Positions 40,469 to 51,250 of a stretch of DNA of 64,000 nt are shown one piece after another (within the stretch, counting starts at the first letter, position 1; each line of letters begins with the position of its first letter). Where the stretch lies: assembly GCF_006345805.1 (NCBI RefSeq), contig NC_043002.1, positions 57,164,001 through 57,228,000 on the forward strand, given 5' to 3'. The notes beneath the pieces were generated by a model. It searched no databases. It saw nothing but the letters and a program-made list of their open reading frames with translations, and was not told the origin of the DNA. This DNA comes from Octopus sinensis (lineage: Eukaryota). A program made the translations under genes and the position numbers.

Positions 40469-40747
40469 TAAATAATTATTATTATTATTATTATAATTGG
40501 TTCTACTAATAGGTACGCTGCCTTAGATTTTGGGGGTGGGAATTTTTCGATCAATCGATTCCAGTGATCAACTGCTGCTTACTTCATCGATCTCGAAGAG
40601 ATGAAACGCAATGTCATACTCTGAGGAATTGGAAGATAGAGCGCAAAGAAGGAATGAATGCCATGAAGTATTTTGTTCGACGCACGAACAGCTTCTGGAA
40701 ATTCATTGTCATGCCTCTAACGTCGGCCTTCTCCTAATGACTTATAG

Positions 40748-41015
40748 CAGGGATCACCAAACTACGGCCCGCGAGGTTAGTTCATCCGGCCCGCCGCCGC
40801 ACTGAACCTTTTGTGTGAGTACCCGCAATGAGAGCTCATTAGCCTCTGGTATGGCATCAGTGTTTGGAACAACGTATGTCTGTGAGCAAGCAATTTGAAA
40901 AAATGAAGAATGTGAAGTCAGCACATTGAATGAGGTTGACTGATGAAAATCTGGAAGAAATTCTCTTGGTTGGATGCAGCAATTCCAAAGCAAATATTGA
41001 TGATATCTTAAAAGC
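40748..41015 (+). mobile_element. hAT (Charlie/SPIN-like) internally deleted remnant
   Basis: TIR-like start CAGGGATCACCAAACTACGGCCCGCG, then dimerisation-domain-like ASVFGTTYVCEQ...MKNVKS..MRLTDENLEEIL...NIDDIL. Confidence 0.75.
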
Positions 41016-41024
41016 TAAATACCG

Positions 41025-41300
41025 GCGAGCTGGCAGAAACGTCTGTCTTTACGTTCTGAGTTCGAATTCCACCGAGGTCGACTTTGCTTTTCATTCTTTC
41101 GGGGTCGATAAATTAAGTACCAGTTGCGTATTGAAGTCGATCTAATCGACTAGCCCCCTCCCTAAAAAATTTCGTCTGTCTTTACATTCTAAGTTCAAAT
41201 TCCGCCGAGATCGAAATTAAGTACCAGTTACATACTGGGGTCGTTCTAATCGACTGGTCCCCTCACCAAATTATTCGGTGTTTGTGCCTAGAGTAGAAAA
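41025..41300 (+). mobile_element. Tandem SINE family B fragments
   Basis: Repeated TTTACGTTCTGAGTTCGAATTCCACCGAGG and AATTAAGTACCAG. Confidence 0.7.
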
Positions 41301-41562
41301 GAATAATTTGTTGCTTACGCTGTTGTTGCTGTTGTTGTTGTTGTTGTTGTTATGTGTGTGTTTTAAGTGTTTATGTGCACATTTAGATAAGTGTATACAC
41401 ACACACACATATATATATATGTATATTACATGCATATAATACACACACACAGACACACACACATATGTAAACACATATATATATATATTTACATACGTAT
41501 ATGCATGTATTAGGATATACACACACACATGCACACAAACACACACACAAACACACACACAC

Positions 41563-41750
41563 GGCAGAATCGTTAGCATGCTAGGATAATGCTTAGCGGT
41601 GTTTCGTCCGTCCTTACGCTCTGAATTCACATCCCGCCGAGGTCGACTTTACCTTTCATCCTTTCGGGGCCGAAACAGTGAGGTCAATGTAATTGCCTAG
41701 TTCCTTCCCGCATAATTTCCGGCCTTGTGCCTTCCGTAGAAAGGATTATT
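41563..41750 (+). mobile_element. SINE family B
   Basis: GGCAGAATCGTTAGC head and GAGGTCGACTTTACCTTTCATCC body. Confidence 0.75.
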
Positions 41751-42071
41751 ATCATCATTACTAAGGCAGTGATCTCGCACAAACGTTAGCGGGTGCAATA
41801 TCACCACCTAAGGCTACAACCACACGAAATGCTACTAAAATAATTAATTTGCTATATAAAAGAATTAAGATAGGTGTAAAAGCATGACACCCAACAGGAT
41901 TGAATAGTGATTGCTTTGACAGAATTCTGGCAGATAAATAACTATTGTAATACATGAATTTATGACCCGAATAGTGGTCGTAAAATGCCTGGCAATGGTT
42001 GACAGCCAACTAACTCGAAAGTAGGGCACCATTACGTACAGTTTTTGAAAATACGCAAAACATTTGCAGAT

Positions 42072-42236
42072 ATAGGCACAGGAGTAATTGCGTGGTAAGT
42101 AGCTTGCTTACCAACCACATGGTTACGGGTTCAGTCCCACTGCGTGACTCCTTGGGCAAGTGTCTTCTACTATAGCCTCGGGCCGACCAAAGCTTTGTGA
42201 GTAGATTTGGTAGGCGGAAACTGAAAGAAACCCGTC

Positions 42237-42317
<81 letters not shown>

Positions 42318-42327
42318 CATATCTATA

Positions 42328-42421
<94 letters not shown>

Positions 42422-43850
42422 TCTCTTATTATAAAAAGGCAGATTTTATCTGCCTCCCTTTGTAACTTATAGAAATCTACAATATAGGATTTCTTCAATT
42501 ACAATTTACCTAGCATTTTTAAGAGTAGAATGCATCGGGTCATGCCAGGTCAGTTTTTAAAATTTAAACTCCAATTAAGCAAAATTTACAGAAACTCACA
42601 TTCTGGTGTGTATGTCAAAATGCTTTCTTAGTCTGGTTTACAGCACACGCAAACGCACCCACAACAGTGTGCAACGAATAAAGTGAAACTAGATGAATAT
42701 TGTTTCTGTCTATCACGCTGATAGATACATGAGTAAAATGTATGGGAAGCTAACAGATAAGAGTGAGTGAAAATGTCTTGGAGAGAGTAAATTAGCGACA
42801 GAGTGATTTGAGGAAGACTAAACTGAAAGTATGAACAGTGTTTATGTATAAACAGACGACACTTATATAAACCCTTTCTTACCAAACCGCCCGAATTTTA
42901 TTCATATTTAAATGAGAATATCAGAGTAAATCTCTTTAGTACATTCGTGAAAACACGTATTATACTTCGTAAACACTTCAAAATACAGTTTTGTACGAAA
43001 TCGAAGTGTAATTTTAATTCCGTGAATTATGGAGATTTTTTTCCGAAATTTGTTCCTATTGTGTTTTCAAAATTTGTATTCTGACAAAAATGGATACGAA
43101 TTTCATTATATCAAGCAGCGAGTCAGAATTCGAAGGATTTTCTACTGAAGACCTTCATAAATCTAACTCTAGGACTGAAAAAAAAAGCAATCTTTATATA
43201 AGAGTGAAGTTGTGTGTCTGTCCCGTTCGATTTAGATTCGTAACTACTCCCACATTTTGTGGTGCAGTTTAAAACCAAAAGCGGGTATCTTATAGTCGTG
43301 ATTCATATCGAGCCCTTCTGGGTATTAGCGCGCGTCTACGATGAGTCTACGATTTAAAAAAAATTTACCATCATATTTTCCATTTTAATGCATTTTTTTT
43401 CGCTTTTATATAAGGAAGTAACTCTCTAAAAATATCTACGATGTGTCAACGATTTAAAAAAAAATTTACCTTAATTTTTTTCAATTTTAATGCATTTTTT
43501 TGCTATTTTTTGGCTAAACTCTCTAAAAATGCTTATATAGTTATTTCCCTTACAACCCGACCAACGCCGGGCGATACTGCTAGTATATATTATATATATA
43601 TATATATAATATTATTATATATATATATAAATATATATGTTATGTATGCGTGTGTCTGCGATTGTCACTTCCACAACATCGCTTGACAACCGATGCTGGT
43701 GTGTTTACATCCCTGAAACTTAGCGGTTTGGCAAAAGAGGCCGATAGAATAAGTACTAGGCTTACAAAGTATAAGTCCTGGTGTCGATTTTCTCGACTAA
43801 AGGCGGTGCTCAAACATGGCCGTAATAAAATTCCTGAAACAAATGCAAAA
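42072..43850 (+). mobile_element. SINE family A split by Helitron insertion into its (TA)n tract
   Basis: Head at 42072-42240 and tail at about 43640-43850, with the Helitron composite 42422-43583 between TA tracts. Confidence 0.8.
42422..43583 (+). mobile_element. Composite non-autonomous Helitron (two 5' ends, one 3' end)
   Basis: 5' ends A|TCTCTTATTATAAAAAGGCAG (42422) and A|TCTTTATATAAGAGTGAAG (43191). The 3' hairpin CCCGACCAACGCCGGG plus CTAG|T is shared with 11097-11477. A short internal duplication lies at about 43335-43500. Confidence 0.75.
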
Positions 43851-44065
43851 AAAAAAAAAGAAAAAAGAAAGAAACAAAATTTTCACTGAGCCAGGTTAAA
43901 AATTCTTTTCAGAATCGTAAATTTCCTCGTTCGATAATATTGTACGTCGCATTTGGCAAGGCTTGCCCAATATTTTGCGAGTAGAATTAGAAAGTTTAGA
44001 AAGCGTGCCAAAGCTAGTCTACTATATACATATACATACAGGTATGTGTATATACATATGTTTGC

Positions 44066-44113
<48 letters not shown>

Positions 44114-44115
44114 TT

Positions 44116-44149
<34 letters not shown>

Positions 44150-44347
44150 CAGTGTACCAAGCACAGGTGTGGTTGTGTGGTAAAATGCTTACTTCCCAAC
44201 CACAGGGTTACGGGTTCGGTCCCATTGCAAGCCATCTTGGGCAAGTGTTTTCTACTATAAACCCGGATTAACCAAAGCCTCGGGAATTTGGTATACATAT
44301 ATGCATGTATGTTGTCTTCTCTGTCCATCCATTCATATATTAATATA

Positions 44348-44401
<54 letters not shown>

Positions 44402-44580
44402 ATATATATATTATATTATATTAATATTATATTAATTAGAGATAAAACCACTATTAGGCAAATCAAACAATGAAAAACTTAAGCCAATACATAAAATTAA
44501 TTAATTTATATTATTTTAAATATATATCAAAAGTATTAAAAGTTTAGTAAAAGATAATGAGTATGTATATATATATATAT

Positions 44581-44869
44581 ATACAAGAGTTACGGAATGG
44601 AGTAGGTAAAATCCAGGCTACATATGTTTCATAGTGCGTGGAACCTCAGAAGTGGTAAAATCCAAGTGAGGTGTACACCGCCGGCTCCTCTTCAGGAGAA
44701 GGATGTCTTGATTAGATTAATGTACCCTTTAATCTAATCAAGATATCCTTGGCCTGAAGAGGGGTCGGCAGTATACACCTCTTTGGGATTTTACCACTTC
44801 TGAGGTTCCACTCGCTATGAAGCACGTGTAGCCTGGACTTCACATATTCTATTCTATAACTCTTTGTAT
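44581..44869. repeat. Imperfect ~138 bp inverted repeat, each arm carrying an HHR-like motif
   Basis: Right arm (+, 44751-44833): GGC-CTGAAGA-[58 nt]-GAAGC-ACGT-GTA-GCC. Left arm (-, 44616-44698): CTC-CTGAAGA-[58 nt]-GAAAC-ATAT-GTA-GCC. Confidence 0.75.
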
Positions 44870-45122
44870 TCTTTTTCGCACTCCTAGCAACCCTGGTTGC
44901 CTACCCGGAAATATAAAAAGAACTTTTTCTCAGCTCATCATTCTTCGATAAACGTAAAATCATCCGCAACATTCCGTCTCAATAAACCACGATTGTTCCT
45001 GAAAGTGTTTTTTTTTATATATTCACTACGGATTGCTCGAAGCTAACTTTCTTCCTGCACCGGAACCCTGTGGTTTGGAAGTAAACATTTTACCATACAA
45101 CCACACCGGTGCTTATTACACT

Positions 45123-45165
<43 letters not shown>

Positions 45166-45351
45166 TTCTCACTTTCTTCCTACAAATTCTTTTTGTGAAT
45201 GTACAAAGAATTTGTTTATCTATATAAACATATATATATCTTTCTTATTTTTATTTTGTTTAGAAGAGAACATTGTTTTTATTTTTGTTGTTTTTTTTTG
45301 GTGAGGTTCCAGGACAATGGAGAAAGACATACAGGTATATATATATATATA

Positions 45352-45503
45352 CTTTATTTAAAAGCAGCAGAAATTCAACAAAACCTGTTAGTCTGAGTTT
45401 CACTTTCCCGTTCGTCGGACAGTTTTAACAAAACTGTCCGACGAACGGGAACGTGAAACTCAGAGTAACAGGTTTTGTTGAATTTCTGCTGCTTTTAATA
45501 AAG
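45352..45503. repeat. ~75 bp fold-back palindrome, each arm carrying an HHR
   Basis: Arms at 45352-45426 and 45431-45503, differing at only a few positions. Confidence 0.9.
45434..45471 (+). ncRNA. 38 nt minimal type-I hammerhead, U4C core
   Basis: CTGT-CCGACGA-ACG-GGAA-CGT-GAAAC-TCAGA-GTA-ACAG. All three helices pair, loop II is a GNRA tetraloop, and the triplet is GUA. Confidence 0.75.
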
Positions 45504-45668
45504 CATATTACTCTACCCTGGTATTTGAGTACTCTTTTTTCCACCTTGTTTCACATTTATGTGTTTACTCCGGTATATTTAATATATATTATATATATAG
45601 CTGAATTTACAAAACTCAAAAGATGAAGACAGGTGTATTAGTTTGACTCTTGGGAAGGTAAGAAAGTA

Positions 45669-45701
45669 TTTTACGTTTCGAGCCTACCCCTTCAACAGAA
45701 A
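45669..45701 (-). ncRNA. Minimal hammerhead-like motif, A6U core, loopless stem III
   Basis: TTT-CTGTTGA-AGGG-GTAG-GCTC-GAAAC-GTA-AAA; homologous to 23017-23050. Confidence 0.4.
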
Positions 45702-45865
45702 TAAACAGAGAGAATTAAAAAAAAATTTTGGAGTTAGCAGTCAATCATGGCGACTGGGTGGACAAAGGTAGTTAGACAGGAGAGCTAGGAAGAAGGGGAG
45801 ATAATAAAGGTCCGTGATCTCAAAACGAAGATACCGTGCAATATATATTATATATATGTATGTAT

Positions 45866-45899
<34 letters not shown>

Positions 45900-46110
45900 G
45901 ATATAATATATATATATATATATATAGAGTTAAATATATTATTATATACTTTCATATATAAGGGTTGAATGTGAGTTAAAGGTTAAAGGCTTGAACGCGT
46001 CCTTTAATTGGAGTAATTTATAAAAGATTTCTAACGTTCTCTCTTCTTTACTTTTGAATTTACTAGTGTAAATTTATGTAGATATGAAAACTTATGTTGA
46101 AATATTAAGT

Positions 46111-46614
46111 ATATGATTTAATTTATCAAACACAGTTCAACAGATTTATACATATTTATGTAAAAGGAGGAGATTAGATGTTAAAATGGATAAGAGTTTT
46201 TATAACTCGTGTTGCTGTACAATTTGCTTCGTACAGAAAGACAAGCTGTTCATATTAGAAAATCTGAGTTGTCAGAAAGTACTCGTCGGTAGTTTATATA
46301 AAAACTAAAAAGATGTTAGAATTACATAGGTATTGCGTTAGTAATCATTTTGTAATGTGTTCTTGTTCTTAATGATTAATAACACCATACCTATGAAATT
46401 CTAACATCTTTTAAGTTTTTATATAAACTACCGACGAGTACTTTCTGACAACTCAGATGTTCTAATATAAACAGCTTGTCTTTCTGTACGAAACAAATTG
46501 TACAACAGTACGAGTAATAAAAAAAAAACTATTCATCATTTTAACATCTAATCTCCTCCATCTACATAAATAGGAATGAATTTGTTGAACTGTGTTTAAC
46601 AAATTAAATCATAT
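46111..46614. repeat. Imperfect ~225 bp inverted repeat, both arms carrying a U4C HHR-like core
   Basis: Arms at 46111-46333 and 46387-46614. The right arm has CCGACGA-GTAC-[44 nt]-GTAC-GAAAC-AAATT-GTA (46431-46502). Stem I is not paired. Confidence 0.8.
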
Positions 46615-46786
46615 ATCCTGATATAGGTGTTGTGGTGTATTTTGGTACGTATGTATTAATGTATGTATATATATATAATATATATATATATATATCTATA
46701 TATATATTATATATATAATATATTATATATTATATATATATATATATATAATATATATATGCAGGTAAGATATATATGTATTAATG

Positions 46787-46840
<54 letters not shown>

Positions 46841-46948
46841 ATTAATATATATGCTGTGTGTTTACATTCGGCAAAGAGAACCGATAGAATAAGTACTGGC
46901 TTACAACGAATAAGTCTGGGGCGATTTGTTTGACTACAAGCGGTACTC

Positions 46949-46988
<40 letters not shown>

Positions 46989-46994
46989 TATATA

Positions 46995-47397
46995 TATTCT
47001 TTATTCTTTTACTTGTTTCAGTCATAGGAACTGCACCCATGTTGGAGTACCGCTTTTAGTCAAACAAATCGCCCCAGGACTTATTCGTTGTAAGCCTAGT
47101 ACTTATTCTATCGGTTCTCTTTTGCCGAATGTAAACACACCAGCATCGGTGTTAAGGGATGGCAGAGGGACAAACACAAACACACATACATACATACATA
47201 CATACATACATACATACATACATACATACATACATACTCACACATATTTATATATATATATATATACTACGGGCTTCTTTCAGTTCCCGTCTACCAAATC
47301 CACTCACAAAACTGTGGTCAAGGTGCCACGTAGTGGGATTGTACCCGGAGCCACGTGGTTGGGAAGCAAGTGTCATAGCTCACAGCCGCTCCTGCTC

Positions 47398-47400
<3 letters not shown>
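46995..47400 (-). mobile_element. SINE family A with internal deletions
   Basis: Tail and head motifs as in the other family A copies. Confidence 0.75.
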
Positions 47401-47471
<71 letters not shown>

Positions 47472-47590
47472 GAGTTTGGAGGGACATATTATCCAGGAGG
47501 ACACCGTGCTAGCTCACAGTTGGGTTCCAGATGCTGGCTAACTACAACAGTAAGTATCCCACGCAGTTCACTTCGAAGACCGAATGGACA

Positions 47591-47666
47591 GATTCTGATA
47601 AAACTGCATCGATAATATTGCATCTGCAAATGTAAGTAGTCAGTGCAGTGGAAACACGCGTAGGTC
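47591..47666 (+). ncRNA. Degenerate hammerhead (G8A)
   Basis: GATT-CTGATAA-A-ACTGCA-[loop]-TGCAGT-G-GAAAC-ACGC-GTA-GGTC. Stem I is 4 bp with two G-U pairs and helix II is 6 bp. Confidence 0.5.
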
Positions 47667-47748
47667 ATTGTAATATGCTGTATATATCTATAAAATAAAT
47701 TTGTGGGTGTACACGTCTCCATACTCATTATTATTAATACGAATACTA

Positions 47749-47798
<50 letters not shown>

Positions 47799-47808
47799 TA
47801 TATATATA

Positions 47809-47849
<41 letters not shown>

Positions 47850-47891
47850 GGAAAATAAGACAAGGTAATATTTTTGTCATAAGAAAATATT

Positions 47892-47924
47892 AGGACCGGT
47901 TTCAGTTTTTGCGACTTTTCAACT
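47892..47924 (-). ncRNA. Minimal hammerhead-like motif with a U3/A8 core
   Basis: AG-TTGAAAA-GTCGCAAAAACT-GAAAC-CG-GTC-CT. Stem III is palindromic (ACCGGT) and stem I is weak. Confidence 0.35.
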
Positions 47925-48055
47925 TAGAGTAAAGCATGAAAAACAATTAAATTGTGGAAAAATTAAAGGAAATGCTTTTTAAGAATATTCACGTAGTTTT
48001 CAAATACAAGGGACATTTTCCTTTTTTTGTGTCTGTCTCTCTTTTTGACTCTTGT

Positions 48056-48144
<89 letters not shown>

Positions 48145-48712
48145 GTATGTATACGAGTGAAAAGAAAAAAAAACTTCATCAGTGTGTCTTACTCCGGCTG
48201 ACTAGGGATCTCATTTTTACGTCGCTCTCGAAGCACATCTGGTACAAGAAAGATGGGTCCGCAAGCACAGAACAAGTCTTGGACAGCACCAGTCGATAAA
48301 ATGCATGTTGCAAGTGACAAAAGTTATATTTAATTAAGAAATATCACGCCATATACCGATCCTCATCAATAATAGACAGAATGTAAGAGTTAGTAACAAG
48401 TTGCTTATACAGTATCAATTTTAGTTGTTTCTTATCGGTGCAACAGACGGAGTACCACGACCTGACACATCACTGTCTGTTTTACTTTAGGAAGTACTAC
48501 AATGCCGAGCCAAATGGAGATCACTATCCAGGTTTCTGAATACTAACGTGAAACTACTAAGGAAGTAACAAGATATTATGTATGTCGTGTGTGTAGGTAT
48601 GTATGTATGTATGTATGTATGTGTAGTGTGTATGTATATATATGTGATATATATATGCATCATATATATGAGTATATGAGTATATTTGCATATGTGGTGG
48701 GTATATATATAT

Positions 48713-48761
<49 letters not shown>

Positions 48762-48913
48762 TAGCAGGAGTGGCTGTGTGGTAAGTAGCTTGCTTCCCAA
48801 GTACATAGTTCCAGGTTCAGTCCCACGCAGTTGCACCTTGGGCAAGTGTCTTCTACTATAGCCTCGGGCCTTTGAGTGGATTTGGTAGACGGAAACTGAA
48901 AGAAACTGTCGTC

Positions 48914-48915
<2 letters not shown>
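48762..48915 (+). mobile_element. SINE family A 5' half
   Basis: GCAGGAGTGGCTGTGTGGTAAGTAGC...GGTTCAGTCCC...GGAAACTGAAAGAAAC. Confidence 0.8.
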
Positions 48916-48983
<68 letters not shown>

Positions 48984-49037
48984 TACTCTTTTTACTTGTT
49001 TCAATCATTTGACTGCGGACATCCTGGAGCACCACCT

Positions 49038-49069
<32 letters not shown>

Positions 49070-49080
49070 CATAATTTGTT

Positions 49081-49341
49081 TTTCAGAATGAGATAAAACC
49101 AAAGCTATGAAGATTTTAGAACGTTTATAAATAGAAGGTCTTAGAGCTGTTTCCATGATATTTATTATATCCCTTCATCGGAGACGGTGTGAGAAAAGGG
49201 CTAAGCAATAGTTAATTTAGATAAGATACGAAATAGAGAGTGAGGTGGCGGATGCCCAACATCCTGGAAACAGCTGTAAGACCTTCTATTTATAGATGTT
49301 CTAAAATCTTCACAACCTTGGTTTTTTATCTCATTCTGAAA
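49081..49341. repeat. ~75 bp inverted repeat with a 110 bp spacer; an HHR spans the left arm/spacer junction
   Basis: Arms at 49081-49155 and 49265-49341. Minus strand 49138-49185 reads GTCT-CCGATGA-AGGGATATAATAAATATCATG-GAAAC-AGCT-CTA-AGAC. The right arm keeps the intact GAAAC-AGCT-GTA-AGAC. Confidence 0.8.
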
Positions 49342-49499
49342 AAAATAAATTTTATATATACACATGCTGATATATGACGTACGTTGGACCCCTTATTCGC
49401 ATAATCACCGAACCTGGAGCCTAAATATGGTCTATCCATAGCACTTACTCAACATTACCTGACACCTTTGGGTTTCATTGACACCATTACCTCTCACAA

Positions 49500-49578
<79 letters not shown>

Positions 49579-49664
49579 ATTGAAAACCAAGAGAAGGGTG
49601 GAGATTTATTCACATCCAAAACTTTTTTATGAAAAAATTTTCTGCAGCATGTATAACAATGAGT

Positions 49665-49978
49665 GGAAGCATATAGCCTAGTGGTTAGAGCACCAGACTC
49701 GCAGTGCAGGTTTCGTGGGTTCGAATCTCAGATCGGGCGATGTGTGTGTTTATGAGCGAAACACCTAAGCTCCACGCGGCTCCGGCAGAAGGTAAAGGCG
49801 AACCACTGGTGACTTTTTCGCTACAACTTTCTCTCACTCTTTCCTCCTTCATCTAGCAGCTCACCTGCAACGGACCGGCGTCACGTTCAGGTGGAGAACC
49901 TATGCGCCAATGAAACTGAGAAACCAGCCCTTATGAGCCAGGTATGGCTCGAAAAGGAAGAAACAACAACAGCAACAA
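49665..49978 (+). mobile_element. tRNA-derived SINE family D
   Basis: TAGCCTAGTGGTTAGAGC (A box), GGTTCGAATCTC (B box), a distinct body and a (CAA)n tail. Confidence 0.75.
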
Positions 49979-50916
49979 TATATAACAATGACCAACATCT
50001 GTTTCTACTGCAACAACTGCACATGGCTCTTTATGCAATGATGCATTCTAGTCAGTTATATACTCGACTGAATATCTGCAGTTCTGAATAGGAACAAGGA
50101 ACTAGCCAACAAGTGAAGCTTACAGGTACCAGTTTTTATTTAAGCATGAGTACTATGTAATTGGACTGTTGTGGATAGCCGGCATCAATACCATTTTATG
50201 AGATTATATGGTATCCTACAGGATAATTAATCCCTTGCATATCTATTTACATATATATAATTATACTGTGAAAATAATAAGAGTAGAAATTTAGAGAAAT
50301 TTTCTACCTGTGGGTAGCATGCGTAATAAAGTCAATAGACAACATATTTTTCATATAAAATAGTGTACGTATTTATACACAAAAGAGGTGACCTTTAACA
50401 GGACACCTTATATGCTAGAAAGTGTATTTAAAGCCCAAATCACGAATAAGAGTAATTTCAAAGGGAATGAAAAATAAAAATATTTCTATAGTTACACATA
50501 GATTCGAGTTTCTGCATTAATGTGCAAATAAATTAATTTGCCATCCGTGCTTTTTCAGTAAGGGCGCTAAGATTAATGGATATTTATGCAGCACGAAGTA
50601 TACACGTTCTACATGTACCCGTAAAGCCAGGAACTTTTCAGCATCCCCTCGTATATGTATTTATATACATATAGGTTTATGTGTGTATGTGCATGTATGT
50701 AAGTATGTATGTTTGTATGTATGTATGTATGCGTTTATCTTCTCTACCTCTCTATCTCTCTCCCCTTCCTCTCTTTCTGCGTTTCTTTCTCCTCCTTCTC
50801 TTTCTGTCCCTCTCTCTCTCTACGTATACATATATAATTGTTAGAGACAACAACAAACGTTAAGGCAAGACAAACATCTCAAGTCATATACATTATTATT
50901 ATTGGAAAAAGTTCAG

Positions 50917-51004
50917 TCTTACAGCTCTTTCTGGGATATCCCCTCGTATGGGATATCCCCTCGTATGGGATATCCCCTCGTATGGGATATTCCGTCATCA
51001 GAGA
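50917..51004 (-). ncRNA. Hammerhead-like motif whose helix II contains a 17 bp tandem array
   Basis: TCT-CTGATGA-[3.5 x GGGATATCCCCTCGTAT, read on +]-GAAAG-AGCT-GTA-AGA. Same family as 49138-49185, with a C15.2G change. Confidence 0.6.
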
Positions 51005-51178
51005 AAATAGGGGAAAATAGGGAAAATGAGAAGGGTATATATTAATAGAATGACGACATAGAAAATTGGGAGTAAAGGAATAAGGAGATGGAGAGAGGGA
51101 AGAAAAAAGAAGCATAAAAGTTCATGGTTCAATTTTCTGATGTTGTAAAAACAAATGCATAAGTCCTTGGTATACTAT

Positions 51179-51242
<64 letters not shown>

Positions 51243-51250
51243 TTATTATC

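Noticed and set aside
43090-43272. ORF with an acidic SESEFEGF motif
   Set aside because: It is 60 aa, lies inside the Helitron composite, and crosses the second Helitron 5' end. Not supportable as a gene.
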